Shown in pieces: positions 1 through 13,100 of a stretch of DNA of 64,000 nt. Source of the stretch: Phoronis australis. Taxonomy: Eukaryota; Animalia; Phoronida. The stretch covers positions 1 to 64,000 of the forward strand of contig NMRA01001032.1 in NCBI GenBank assembly GCA_002633005.1, read 5' to 3'. The position numbers and the translations under genes were made by a program. A model generated the notes under the pieces. It was not told where the DNA came from. It did not search any database and saw only the letters and a list, made by a program, of their open reading frames with translations. How positions within the stretch are numbered: position 1 is the first letter of the stretch; each line of letters opens with the position of its first letter.

Positions 1-3000
1 AAAAAAAAACAAATTTATTGGAAGAGCAACATACTTGGCGAAATTTATTTCGCCAAGTAATAACTGCTCTGTACAACGCTAACAAAAAGCCTGTCGCAGA
101 ACCTGGGGCTGGTTGTTGGCTCTCTTTTGGCCCTGCAATAATCCGTTTATTTTCCAATACTACTATTTTATCGACATCGGTTAAAAGGATACTAAGCCCC
201 GTTTTGTTGATTTCTACCAATCCTAGTTCTGTCACCCGCTAAGGCGTTATTGGCGTCAATCTTCCAAGTTAAACACAGGAATCATGCTCCCTGTGTCACA
301 GACTGGACATCATGGTCCTCGACGGGTGGTCTATTCCCAGAGTTGCTGCGTAATTCGCTAAAACCGTAGGTAACGCTTCCTTATTTAGCAGACATTGAAA
401 AAAGTTTGCAAATTTGCATCCAAAATTTGAGGGTTGTCGAGGGTTACAGAGCATAATTTTGTTTCAGAGAACTAGATGAAGAAGTCGTTTTGAGTGTCTG
501 CTAAATGTGCCAAAACCGGGTTTGGTATCCTTTTAAAGAAGAAGGAACGAAAAAATCACAATCTGGTGAACGGTAAATAAACAATCGATTATGTCCAATG
601 CGCTCCGTACTACAGAGGTTCACACCTGCAAACATGATAATTAGGTGGGTGGGCGCCTTCGTTGGAAACATGACACTGGACTTAGAACATTCAAACTACC
701 ACGACGGTGGACCACCGTTTTAGGTTATATAACCCAGGGAGTATCAGTACATACTAATTCGGTTCACTGCTTCCCTTAGAGTTATGCAATATCCACATCT
801 TGACCGTCAGGATAGTTGCCGGCACCCAGAAGAATGCTATCTCTTCACACTTCTGGTTTGCATTCTGTCAATGACAAGTTAATTAACGCCAACGCCCGAA
901 TTATTTTTACTCACCCAGTGTGAAACTATTACGGAATTAATTTTAGGCCCAGTATTTCGTACTGACATTTCGCGATGATTTGTTCCGCCAATTATCAGCG
1001 ATAGCCAAGCAGTGGCTTTTTCGTTATAAACAAGTGTTCGATTTCACGACGCTCAAAACTCACGCATACTATAGCTCCACAAATTTAGCCTAAGTATTCA
1101 TGGCTGTGCTACATTTCACCCGACAATTTTAAAGTTGTATCGATTGGTCAACATTTCTTTGCCATGTGCCTCGTCTTTTACATTTACTACGTGAGCCAAA
1201 ACTGACGTGTACTATTTTACTCATATCCGGCACAGACTGAAGTACGTGCAAACATGGTTCACTTCCCACAGTTTGGTCGCTAGAGCAAGCAGTCAATGAC
1301 CCGTCTCGTGATCCTATCGCGGACGTTGTTGTGGTGATTTTGTTAGGGGAATTCAGCACAGTATAGATGCTCGTTAAGAGATTCGCAACTGCGTCAAGTC
1401 TCGCGGACGGAGCAGGAAAAGTTCCGGTGTCTTGGCTTCGTTTACGTAATTTTTTGTTTTTATTTAGCGCATTTTTAATGACATTTATATTAAACTGTTT
1501 GCTAAAAAATTCTGTTTTCAACCTTGGATGTACATGTTATTTTTTATGATAAAAGTATGAGTGAAATATTTTCATTAAAATAGTACATAATATTTTTAAA
1601 AATCAATTTATTTTCAGTTTTGGGGATAAATTTTAAGCCACCATTAAAGGCTTTATTCAAGTGTTTCTGATGGAATTTTTTTATTTACGTGGTGCTGTAC
1701 CAGGATTTGTAAGTCAAAGACATGACATCCCGGAATATTGATTCGGAGGCAAAGTTTTTACCGTTAGTAAATATATGTCATAATAAGTATACATGATTGA
1801 TCATGATGATGCTGTTATTTCAACCACCTGAGTGTACACTATAAGGTGCAGTAGCACCGGTCCTCTTGGTAAGCAGTGCACACCATTGATGAAATTTCCC
1901 TTGTTACACATTGGATTGGTTAAAATGTGGAAATTTTATAAGTGCAATATTCTGATGCTCAAGTACAGGATTTCCTGTACGAATTTTCTAGTAAGATAGA
2001 TCAAGAGAAAATTCTACAATATCGAGATTGTTTGGGAAACTTTGTTTTGGAACAATAGTATACAAAGGGTGCTTTTGTATTCCTTTCTCAGAAATGTATA
2101 CAACACTTTATGTAATGTTGCTATGTTTTTTCCTGTTTGTCATTGTAAAAATCAATTCCAATGCATATTTCTCATGCCAATTTTCACTTAACGATTTTAA
2201 AGTAAGGCAGGCGATTCCCAAACCTTGTTACTTACTCATAGGAACTGGGAAAATAAAAAATGTCTATTTTGTGTGTTCTGCGCTGTCTTTCACAGTTATC
2301 ACCAGATTTGATGTCGTTTTGTAAACAAAGTGTGTTGGCAACGAGTGTAAATTTCACTCTGACAAACTATCATGCATAAATAGAGATGGAGGCTCTATGG
2401 TCAAATGTGACAAACAGTATTTTGTTGTGCTTTCTAACACAAGGTCAACTGTGTGTCGTTCAGGTACAAATAGCAAAGATGCAGGTGGCTTTGTTTATTT
2501 GTGTCTTTTAATCACATGTTTTGGTCACTTGCTTTATCAATGCTCTGTTGAGTGTCAAATTTTGTTCTGAGGTTACAAGCGGAATGAAATACAGTTTGCT
2601 AACAACGACAAAGTGTCGTGTATTTTACCAATTTGGCATAGTCATAACGATGTTTAGAAGTTAAGTTAGAATGTACTTTCGGCCTATTGTAAGAGTGACA
2701 GCGAGTTTTTGACACTCAGGACTCAGGTTATGCAAATGACATGCCAATGTTTTTTAGCCTTCGGCCCCTTTCCCCTGGAATAAAGATGTGTAAATTACAC
2801 AAATATCAATTGTTAAATATAGTTACAAATTCATTTGTGTCCGCTAATACTTATGTTGATGAGTTGATTTGTACGGTATTGAATTTAAACAAACTCTACT
2901 GTTAAAATCAGCTGATAAGTGTACACATAGAAAATCAGCCGAAGACGTTTGTGGCGCTAATAACTCATAACATGTCTGAATTATCATGTGAATGCTTTTA

Positions 3001-4512
3001 AATGACGTGACAGATAACAATATACGCATTTTATTTCTATAAGTCTTAAAAATTAAAAAATTTAAGCAATTCCATTATTTACGTAACCAAATCTTCAGAC
3101 GAGGGAACGTCCGTTCCGTAAATCCGGAAGTTTTCTATCCTAAGTTTACAGCGTCCTCTCATAGTCAGTGTTTATGTCCCTTGGTCAGCAACATGATCAA
3201 CGCGCTCTCACGGAGTTTCCAGTCCTTATCTATAAACCTACGATAGCCTTGTCGGCTTATCGGCATGCTGGTTGTATTCCGCGTTGCTCGAACGGCTAGA
3301 AAAAATGCGAACTCTCAACTGTCTGTTTTACAATCTCTAAGGACGTTGAAATTCGGAAGCGTTTGGTCGTTGTCATACACCGTGATGAAGGGAAATATAT
3401 CCGTGTAAAATTTAGATCATATTTTGTCGCATCTCGGTTGCCGAGCATTATAGCAACGACCGGAGAATCTTCGGCCAGCCAAGCTGTGTTTTCATGACTG
3501 CGGGTTGAAAGATGTTGCATTTTTCTTTCCAAAAAGGACAGGGCCCTCAATAACTCGATTTTGGGGCTAAATATCGGTCCTAATAATATATGGTCAAATA
3601 ATTTTTATTTTCAATTACGGGCCTGGTTTTTTATTTTGATAAAAATATATTTAATAACACCAGTTATTCTTTCAGATCAATGACAAATCAGCTGTTAGCC
3701 CCGGTAGTTCGTACCTCACCAGGACCTAGGCTGTGCGTGATGTTGATATTCTTGATCAACAAATTAAACCAGATGTGACTAATTGCACATGAAAGCAAAA
3801 TGCGATGAGCCACCACTGTCGAATAAATCTTCAACTCGTCAACAAAACGAGCAGATGACCTGGTTCGCGTAGAAAGCATTTTTATCAACATTCAGCATAA
3901 TACCTAATCCGTAACACTGCGATCGTCGCAGTTTGGTCATATTTACTTTTCATGTTTCGAACCTAGTTTTTTGAAACAACACTTATACTCTTTCGTCAGA
4001 CAACTCTTTGGTGCATTGACTTGTTCTCTGATGTATTTTCTACGTCTCTGTGGTTAATTATCGACACATTTTTAAGATTTAATGTCCAGGTTGGACTGGA
4101 AAGACCGGTCATTTAACTCACGCAATGTCAACTTCCGTTTTGTTTATCGCGTTGAGCCTCGCTTTGAATTTTAATATCCGCCGCGTGAATTATGTCTATA
4201 GTCTATGATCACAGTGACAATAAGAAGTGCGCGAATAGGAGAGTTCACTCAGTCATCTTGCCATTTGCCGCAATGGTTATCGGTGGAATAGCTAGCGCCT
4301 CAAGCGGCGAACAAGCAACACTAACTTATGGGCGCAGTCCGAACCATGTAAACACTGATGAATTCATAACGTTCAAAAAATAAACGGGAACACGATTCTG
4401 CCGGGATCTGGAGTCTGAGTCCACCCCTCATCCGCTACTGGTCCTAGCTACTGACCTCAGTATTTCCTCACGCTTCACGCTGGACATTGCTGTTTCATTT
4501 CGCAGCAGTCAA

Positions 4513-4979
4513 GTATGGTGGGCCGTTGAGGGGAAAGTGTCGCCGTAAAATTACGCTCGTAATTACGAGCGTAAATTAAATTGCAGGAGTGTCGCCGTAC
4601 AATTACGCCCGTAAATTAAATGGGGGAAATGTCACCATAAATAACGCTCGTAAGAACGTTCCAGATTTAAACCAATCAGTGATTACCTAACATACACGAC
4701 TGTTGCTGGGCAGCTCGTTCTTGCACAATCGCTGACATAGCAGCAGCGATTTGATCCGCCATGATTCAGCGCTCGTATCGTAGACATGAAATCCGTCTGT
4801 AAATAATTATTTCCATGAGCTAAGAGTTTAAACTAAATTACAAGCGTAATTTTGCGCCTAAAGAATTAAATTACGCTCGTAATTTTACGGCGTAATTAAC
4901 GGCGTAAATAACGGCGTATTGTACACGATTACGCTCGTATTTTTCCGGCCACACTTTCCCCCCCAAAGGCCCATCATAG
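4513..4979. mobile_element. MITE / non-autonomous DNA transposon
   Basis: Terminal inverted repeats (tatggtgggcc..ggaaagtgt / acactttcc..ggcccatcata), internal ttacgctcgtaa repeats, flanking TCAA on both sides (4-bp TSD). Confidence 0.65.
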
Positions 4980-6677
4980 TCAATTGGCCTGCCCCCTAAT
5001 TCCGCCTATGTAAGGTATCACCAAACACGGTTCATTCCTATAGAGCATGCTCTAAGCACGTGTCATCCTCGTCCCCAAGCCTCGATATGACGTTGATCGG
5101 TTTAGCGATCAGCGCTCTCTTGAGGCTTGCGAACGACACTGCTTTCCAGAAAATTAGCACAAAATAGTGACTATTACTGCGCAGAAAGGTAATTGATTAA
5201 CCTTCATGTATATGGCAATACGTTTTCCTAAAAAAAAATTGCTTGTGTTACAAAAGTACAATTTGAACTATCTTTTACATGAGATAAATATTTCATTTCC
5301 ATGTTTTTTTAATGCGCATCAACTTAATAGTAAACAGGCAAAAAACAGGATGGCGAGCATCGACAACAATGAGACGATACCAGAGACCTTTACGCAGGAA
5401 GTTTTTTCCATTTTCTTGGGGTGAAATAGGTGAAGGAGAGGGTTTTTTCAAGGAGTTAGAACGGTCCATGTTATTTTGAGAAGACAGCACAAGATAACGG
5501 AAGTCTCACTGTCAAAAGTAAGAACTGATGTTACAAACAGGTTTGGGAAGCCAATAAATTGTGTAACAAATAAGCAGTTTAAATGATGTTTATTGTTTCT
5601 AAATCATAACAATTGCATCACAATACAGACAAAAACAATATGAAAGATATATTTGATCTCGCACCCATTACACATCTGTCGAAGTTGACAAATTACATTT
5701 GACGGTAAGTTAACCGTGTTTCTTCGTGAATGTGAGTCCGTGACCCGTGTATTTGGGGTGAATGGATCGTATTTTGAGAGTCCGATCCAGTGTTTGTGAG
5801 TCAGTGAACGGCGTTTGCAGGTACGTGAGTCGTGTTCATGCGCCCGTGAACGTTTTCATGAGTCCGTTAACCGTGCAGTTTAGGTACCTTGAAATAGCAG
5901 ACTTTGTTCTTAGTTCACCTGACAGTCAGACGTAAAATCACACACTGACAGAGGTCATTTGCACTGACAATGTCAATTCAAATGCCCATCGAGCGAAACG
6001 TGCAAGCTTAACCTACTTTGCTTTGTTTGCGCATTAACAGGTATAGTTATGTGGCTTGCAGTGGTATCCATCTATGGTTTTCAAGGCCCTGGGCCAGTCA
6101 TCGTTTTTAGTATGTGGGTGTAACTGGGGTGGTCATAAAAAGAAACGTGACAGCCATGTTTACACCAAGGGCTGGAAACGTGTCCCGTACCTACATTCAT
6201 GAAAGCTAAAATGCAAACCTAGAAAAAGTCTACCACTCTAACCTACCGTCTAGCATCCTAAGCTTTCAAAGTAAGCTATATTTCGCGTTCTTCTAAAACA
6301 ATGATTTGCTGATTTTTGAAAACCACGCTAGCACTTTTATAGCCCAGATTACCATCAGACGGAAAATTATACCAAGAAAAATACTATCCCACTTTTATTT
6401 CTTTGAATCTGAATTGCCATTCCAATTTACACCAAACTGCTGAAAATACAATTTAAAAGTTCATTAGAAAATAACAGCACTCATCTCAACTGAACTTACC
6501 CCACATCCTTATTCCGTAAACTGCCCCCGGACTACTAAACACCTCTCCACATCCTTATTACGTAGACTGACCCCCCGGACTACGGGACTGCCATTTTACT
6601 GATGCGTGTAATGCGCAAAGATTTTTCAACACCCCGGATTTAAGGTAGTTACTTTACAGGGACGTGACAGGGAGAAG

Positions 6678-6733
6678 ATGTTGTCTTGGCTTGCGTTGCT
6701 CTTAGTGGCCTCGACCGTAACCGGCACTGTCAG
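6678..6733 (+). CDS. Gene 1 exon 1, signal peptide MLSWLALLLVASTVTGTV
   Basis: ATG at 6678, hydrophobic core, donor AG|gtgag, phase 2. Same length and position in the paralog (48927-48982). Confidence 0.8.
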
Positions 6734-7078
6734 GTGAGATTAAAATATTCTTAATGTTTAATCGTTAAATTTTAGCGTGACTTTATGTGACTGCGTTTGA
6801 AAAATGTACACATGAGAGATATAAAGACCGAAACGTTTTTTTACTTTAATTTCAAAAGGTGTCTTAAAACCCTGCAAAGCATGTGTGCAAAGCTCTCTTT
6901 TGTTTTTATTGTATATGAGCCATTTGAAATGAATAGTGAAGTGGGATCTGGTATCCAAGTGACCCAAAATATTAAACCCACATTCCGATTGAGTTTTTCA
7001 GATGGTGTCACGTTATTTGGTGACTGTAGTGGAGTGGCAACGACGGCTAAATACCCTTGAAAATGCATACATGCATAA

Positions 7079-7165
<87 letters not shown>

Positions 7166-10100
7166 CCTGGAATGTGGTTTGGGGACCGAAGGCCTGCAAA
7201 ATCGCAATAAAGTATTTTTTTTTTTCTATTCTATTTAAACATTAATGACATGCTCCTCTGGGCATTTTCGTAAGAACTGCACTGCACATGTTGTATCGCG
7301 GGGTGAATGGACAGCTCATGGATAAAATGATATCTCTTGTACTGTGTTGAGTTACTTTGAAGTTGCACGGTTGCTTAATTCAGAGTTAAATTAAAATAAT
7401 TCCCCTTGAAATCCTGCAACCCTCCCCCGCTTTGAATATAGATTCGGTCAACCTTGCACGATTTTAATTTAATACTTAACACATCATTGTGAGTACCTGT
7501 AAGATATCAAAGCTATGAAATGAAGCCTCAATTGCATAAAAACATTCCGAATTATAAAGATTTGTATTCAATTCAACGTTTTAAATTCAGCCACAAAATA
7601 TATTCCGATACGGTCAGCCCCTACCAGCCCAGTTGTTTGAAAACTATCGTCAAAATACAGTTAGCTGGCACTGTGTATTGAGCTCCGTTAGACACCGAGT
7701 TTTCATACAGCCCGGGGGGTTGTTCTGCTAGTCACCTCGATGTGAAACTTGTATCAACATGATGAGCTAACGACCGTTGGGGTGCATGCAAAATATGGGA
7801 GCAAACCGACACACCCCTTACCCGGTGCAACCGCTTGGAGGATAAGATCAGATGTTTGAGATTGCTTCCCTCACTAAAATGGACATTCGATTGCTTGACA
7901 CTACACCATACAAGGAATTATTAACCTTGAAAACTGCGCAGACTGTATACGTCTGCTCTCATTATGAGATTTGTTTCCAAAATAGAATCCAGTAATGCCC
8001 GTCTATATTTATTCGGTTTTCTATCAAACGTTTCTCTTGCACTTTTGCAAAGAACTTTTAACATACCAAAATGACAGTAATGTTCTGTCGTTTACAACAG
8101 GAGTGTGGACGACGGGATGTGGTGCGATTTCGTCATCGTCGGTGCGGGCACCTCCAGCTTAGGTCTCGCCAGTAGACTTTCTGAAATACCATCATGGAAA
8201 GTTTGCGTTTTTGAGAGAGGTAAGTAACACCTCAGTTGATATAAATCTGTTTTTTAATTAGGGGAGAAATCCCCAGTTTGCAGTCCACGGGTGGACTTAA
8301 TGGAATTCAGGATTCACTCCTCCACGAACAGGATAAAAAACACCGTCGACATGCCTTCGGTACCCAGTAACTAAACATTTAGAAGTCGTAGTCCGACAGT
8401 AATCTCTACGCTTTTAGCGGTCGTAGATTCAAATCTACGTAACCAACTTGAACACAAAAAATGAGACAGTATCATCAACGTTCGTCTTAAACATACCGCG
8501 TGACACGATCTAGAAACCTAACTTTGTTTGCAACCATGTCTATATCGTACAATGCATTGCACTTCGCAAAACCGCCTTGAGGTGGTGATGTTGTAACATC
8601 ATGTCTAAAATCTCGTGTTCTGTTTCCACCAAGCTCTAATCTATTTAAATTGGCACGGGGTTTCGGTTGGTCATTTCTCCGGCCATCCTCTGGTGTTACA
8701 GCGTACTTGGAATAACGAGCGCGTGCATCTGATTCACTCATGGAGGGCACTTGAATTATATTATTCCTGGAAGAAGGCATGTTATGAACCCGGGACCTTT
8801 CTGTTGCCAGTCCAGTCCTAGGCAACTGAGTGATATACATTATGCTTTCGGTGGTAGACCATGATATAACCAATTAGTACTGTTCTTTTCATATTTTTGT
8901 GGACCTATACATTCTGTTTAAAAGAAGGGTCCCAGTGGCCTCTTTCTCTGAATTATAAAAACCGTTCACAATGAGACCCTCTTCTCGAAGAGGAGGACCA
9001 AGATAATTCTCTCCTTCTCCGATGAGTCGGGCTCCCATTTTGCGCAGCTCGCAGCTACTCGTCTACGCTCACCCTTAGCACACGGCTTACCTTGTCTGCA
9101 AACTCTAAAGATATATGCTAACGGAGTTAAAGACATCCAACACTTGAGACATTCGCTATACGTTGACCTGGGAGAGAGTAAGACAATTTGAACCGTGATT
9201 TGAACCATCCAACCTTTCGACATAACGTAGATCTATACAAGTACGTACTGATCCTGAAGCAGTTAAGTTATATGGACCGTAGGCAAAATTCCCAGAGGGA
9301 TCAGTCTAATACGACCACTTGGTATCTTAATATATTGGGATGCGTTTACCTATTTGAAGTTTTGACCTCACCTGTTCACTTTGTCTACAACGTCACGGTG
9401 TTTTGCAATGGTCAATTCATTCACAAATATTGTCACCTGTCGTCCGAGGAAGGCTCGTTTTTGTGAAAAAAGACCGTGCAATGATTAACATGTAAATTGT
9501 TCATGTTTGCGGTTTGGCGCACATACAGCAACTGCCACATAAAGGCGGGTGTTATCAGTCATGAGTAACAAACAGCAGTACTAGCTTTTGTTCATTGCCA
9601 TCCTGTTACGTGCTTAAAGCGTTGAAAGTGCGCTTCTACTGTTAAGGATATCTCACTCTCCTTGCCTCTCCCTTGCCCTCCTCACTCAGCTCACTAGGAT
9701 GCCTGCTGTTATTGTCCACATTACAGGCCCAATGGAATCCGGAATGGAGAGCTGGTACACCAACAGCTACAAGTTTACCAGCCCTCACGATCCATTCTGG
9801 CTTACCCAACCGACGCTGAGAACCATGGTAACAAAAGATGGAAAATACCTGACCAACGAAAATAAAGATGGCCGCTTGATCTATATTCCACGCTTCCGAG
9901 GACGCGGGGGCACTTCTCGCGTGTACGGAGCCATAGCAAGACGCGCGAGCCCGGCTGTTCTCGACCTGTGGCCTGAAGGTAATTCTCAATCAAATGTTAA
10001 ATAAAACATGCACAATCAATACAGTTAACAATACAGTAGGACCCCAAAATTTGGCTAACTTTAAAACATCGTATCTCATGAACAGTTATAAAAATTTCAG

Positions 10101-13100
10101 ATGCAGTACTTTATGTAATATCCTGCATTAGGGATTGTTTTTGAAATGTTCTATTTTAGCATGAGGGGCCACAAAAACTTTGAATTTTACGATTTTAATA
10201 AATAAATAAAAAACTGCATGAACAAAAACGAATTTAGAAAGCTGTAAGTGCGTTTTAAAGTTTTCATCCAGCACATTTACACCAAGTGAAAAGTGGTCAT
10301 GTTATTGACATCGTTATTTTGTTTGCAATGCACCTTTCGTTTTCCTAAGTTTCACTGAAATGACATGACCACAAGACTGAATCAATTGTAGATTTGAAAA
10401 AAATCAAACATCAAATTGTTGAAATATGTCACTTTTTGGTTGCAAAAATGAAACCACAACACATCGTGAGAATGACCTAATCTATTGTGAAAAAGAGATT
10501 AACTACCACAAAACAACTAATCGTAATAATGCGGTCGATGTAACGTAGAAGGAATTTAAACTAATAAATGATTTTCAACACTCTCCTCAGCTGTTAGTGT
10601 TTAAGTTCAAACATAACCAATAAAAGAGTTTCTCAAAGTCCTCAATGCAGGTATGATAAAGTATTCACTAGACGTTAACTAATTAGTGCCAACACTCCTC
10701 CTCACTTATGTTAACCGTTGAGCAACTAAAAAACTAATGTTTAACTAACTCCTGCCATGGCCCTGAGTTTTTCGAATGTTTCTCTTGGCAATGGCTTGGT
10801 CAACATGTCTGCTATCATTAGTGCACTACAACAATACATTAAGTCAATAGAATCAGTGCTGACCAAATCAAGGATACAGTGATGTTTGATTTCAATATAT
10901 TTGGCACGACCATGAAATTTTGGATTGTGACACATGGATATGGCTGCCTGGTTATCCTCAAAAATAGTTTTTGAATTCAAGAACAAGTTTGGAAAGCCAC
11001 ATGGCTTCCTGCGCAGCCATCCCCAAGGCAACATACTCCGCTTCAGCTGATGACAGAGCAACACACGACTGACGTTTGCTTCTTCAGCTAACAACTGATA
11101 CAGCCACATAAAAATATATCCAGATGTCGATCTACGTACGACTTCTCCTCCGCAGTCGGAGTTGGAATATCCTACATAGTCCAGGAACTCACTACTTGGA
11201 AATCGCAATCCAAAATTAACCGTTCCTTTCAAGTATCGCATTATCCGCTGAACAGCAGACCAGTGCTGTTAGGTTGGTTTCGAGAAGAACTGAGAAACAC
11301 GACTCACTGCAAATGGTATATCTGACCTTGTCCACTGACTCAGATATAGTAAACTTCCAACAGCAGACTGATATAATTCCTGATCAAAAGTTTTAAACCC
11401 ATTTCCACAGGGTACTGACTGGCTTACACTCGCTCATACCAAACTTGTCCAGGATTTTGGTCGTGTAACCTGGTTGCGACAAACTAATTGAGCAATCACT
11501 TGATAGCTGATCAATCACAACCCCCAAGAAGTATTTCGATTCTCTCATGTCAGTTACTTTGAATTTTTACCTTTATTACTAACGTAATCTCAGTTGCATA
11601 ATTATGTCATCGACATAAACTGCTAGCATAGGAGTACCACCATCCAACATATAAATGCATGTATCTTTAACTGAACACTTAAAACCAATGTTGTGCAAAT
11701 GCTCATCCAAAACAATGTTCCAACAACGAGGTGACTGCTTCAACCCATAAATACTTTTGTTGAGCTTACAAACAAGGTTTTCCTTGCCTTTCTCAACAAA
11801 TCCATCGGGTTGTCTCATATACGCCTCCTCATGTAACACACCATTTAGAAATACAGTGTTCACATCCACCTGATGAAGCATCATATTTTGCTTTAATGCA
11901 AGAGCAATCAGTTCATGCACAGACTCCTGTCTCACAACAGGACTAAAATTGTCATCATAGTCCTGATCAAAACATGGTGAGAAACCCTGAGCCAGTAAGA
12001 GTGCCTTGTAACGCTGAACACAGCCGTCAGACCCAAGTTTCTCTTTAAAAACCCATTTACACCCAACAACAGAGCGATTTACGGGGGTTCAACCAATGTC
12101 TACACATTGTGTTCCCGGAGTGATTCCAATTCCTTGTCCATAGCAGATCTCCAATTTACCTTGTTAGGCCAGGATAATGCTTCACCCACCGGAATAGGTT
12201 CAGACTTATTTTGAGTAGCGTGAACCCACTCACCGTACCTATCTGGACTGTGTCTCTAGCGGTTCGACCTACGTAACTCTACCGAATCATCAGGAGTGAC
12301 ATTCACTTGCGACTGGTTGTCATCCGCCTGTTCCACATTGATGCATTTCTCACTACCAATCTCGGACAGTGCCGTTGGCCTTTTATGCTCGTTCTCAAGT
12401 TCGAATATGTACTCGTCACACACAACATCACGAGTAAGAATGATCACGAGTTATATCATACACACGATATGCCTTACTATCAGGTGCATAACCCCGAAAG
12501 ATGGTCTTTCTAGATTTTGAATCAAACTTTGAACGTTCGTCCTTAGGGACATGTGCATATGCTCTGCAGCCAAAAACACGTAGAATATCAACACTCTGTT
12601 TCTCGCCCATAAAGGCCTCAAATGGAGTTTGACCATTTACTGCCCTCGTAGGACTTTGGTTTCGCAAATAGGTAGCAGTGGAGACTGCTTCTGCCCAAAA
12701 TTTCTGGGCAAAAACGATTCAGCGAGCGTTGAGCGTGCAGTTTCAACAAGGGTGCGATTCATTCTTTCGGCAACTCCGTTTTGCTCTGGTGTCTTCGGAA
12801 CAGTAACTTGGTGTCTGATTCCCTCTCGTCTGAGGTACTGTTCAAACAACTTTGAAATGTACTCTCCTCCATTGTCAGATCTTAAAGTTTTTAGCTTCTG
12901 ACCAGTAAGATTCTCAGCCATAGTATTCCATTCTAAAAAGGAATCGAATACCTGATCCTTAAGCTTGATGATGTACAACCAAGTATACCGGGAATAATCA
13001 TCGACAAATGTCAGAAAGTATTCACATCCACTGAGGGAAGCTGTGCTCATTTTACCGCAAACATCAGTGTGCACAAGCCCCGGAGGGACATTGCTACGAT

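Noticed and set aside
1-6600. Short ORFs upstream of gene 1
   Set aside because: No recognisable motifs or consistent splice structure. The region looks like repeat-rich intergenic DNA.
6841-7245. CVCV / HTHT repeat proteins
   Set aside because: Translations of the (CA)n microsatellite.
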